NCBI GenBank assembly: GCA_001661245.1
Contig: KV454016.1
Coordinates: 842,973 to 862,972 of the forward strand
DNA from: Pachysolen tannophilus NRRL Y-2460
Lineage: Eukaryota
Reading direction: 5' to 3'
Length of the DNA stretch: 20,000 nt
Shown: piece by piece, positions 19,403 to 20,000 of the stretch
Layout of the letters: every line of letters starts with the position of its first letter
Numbering within the stretch: the stretch's first letter is position 1
The notes under the pieces: model-generated
Seen by the model: only the letters and a program-made list of their open reading frames with translations
Databases searched by the model: none
Told to the model about the DNA's origin: nothing
Program-made: the position numbers and the translations under genes

Positions 19403-19757
19403 AATAACTCAATCACATATATCAACAAATAAGTTTTTTTAAAAAATGAATTATTTAAATATAATTATAATTAAAATAATGTATTTATTTTTTTCTCTCT
19501 CTTTAGAATTAGTAATTTAAGTTAAGATTAGCCAGGTTCAAAAAGCTTAGAGCAATGGAAATACAAAAAAAAAAAAACAATAAAATAACTGATCTCTCAC
19601 TTCTCCGAGTAGGAGACTATTTGAGAAGGTTGAGAAGTTTCTGGAAAATATAATATTGAGAAACGGGCACACGACCAGCATTAAAGAATATTCTAACAGA
19701 TCTCAATTATATATTACATATATATATAGGTGAATTAAATTAATTTATCTAGATACG

Positions 19758-19799
19758 CACTTGCACTCGCAGTTGCGCATACGCATGCGAGTGCGAGTG
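19758..19799. repeat. GC-rich inverted repeat
   Basis: CACTTGCACTCGCA (19758-19771) pairs with TGCGAGTGCGAGTG (19786-19799) with one G-T; inner TGCG-CATA-CGCA extends the stem. Confidence 0.8.
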
Positions 19800-20000
19800 A
19801 GAGTGAGAGTGCGCGTGCACTTAAAAAATTAAAAGAGAATAATAATAAACCAATAATGAGTGAATCAAATACAAAATATTAGCAAAGCGGTATTTGATAT
19901 TTCGTAGCCTTTAAAATTTTAAAGGGCAAAAAAAAAAAAAAAAAAAAAAAAAAAGAAAGCATGGTATTTAAACGTGTTTCCCACTGAAATCAAAACAAAA

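Noticed and set aside
17324..19442. ORFs 17324-17506, 17596-17778, 17997-18323, 18429-18644, 19071-19442
   Set aside because: Intergenic low-complexity frames or antisense reads of SAN1 Asn-rich repeats.
19762..19819. TGCRCNC metal-response elements
   Set aside because: MTF-1 is metazoan, and the matches arise from the hexamer repeat.
1..20000. Transposon, LTR, telomeric or CRISPR structures
   Set aside because: No transposase or RT ORF, long terminal repeats or repeat-spacer arrays seen; the sequence is eukaryotic nuclear.

Overview
AT-rich budding-yeast (Saccharomycotina) nuclear DNA with many homopolymer runs. I call seven protein genes: SAE2/CtIP-like (-, runs off the left edge), an SDD4-like C2H2/fungal-TF factor (-), the divergent ribosome-biogenesis pair NSA2 (-) and LCP5 (+), MPT5/PUF5 (-), a DCAF4/Wdr21-like WD40 gene (-) and a SAN1-like RING ligase (-). 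Four genes have short 5' spliceosomal introns that the ORF track missed, and SAE2 is absent from the track altogether. Most notable observations: (i) CTG codon placement hints at non-Leu (Ala or Ser) decoding; (ii) five ORFs linked by four consecutive ATGA stop/start overlaps lie behind an Mcm1-type box between LCP5 and MPT5; (iii) SAE2-NSA2-LCP5-MPT5 look like the ancestral pre-WGD linkage, with a DCAF4-like gene beside them; (iv) the 3.8-kb region upstream of MPT5 holds a UGUA array, a hairpin and a G-tract island; (v) a GC-rich hairpin lies upstream of SAN1. No tRNA, rRNA, transposon or CRISPR array was recognised. Gene names rest on motifs recalled from memory, not on database searches.
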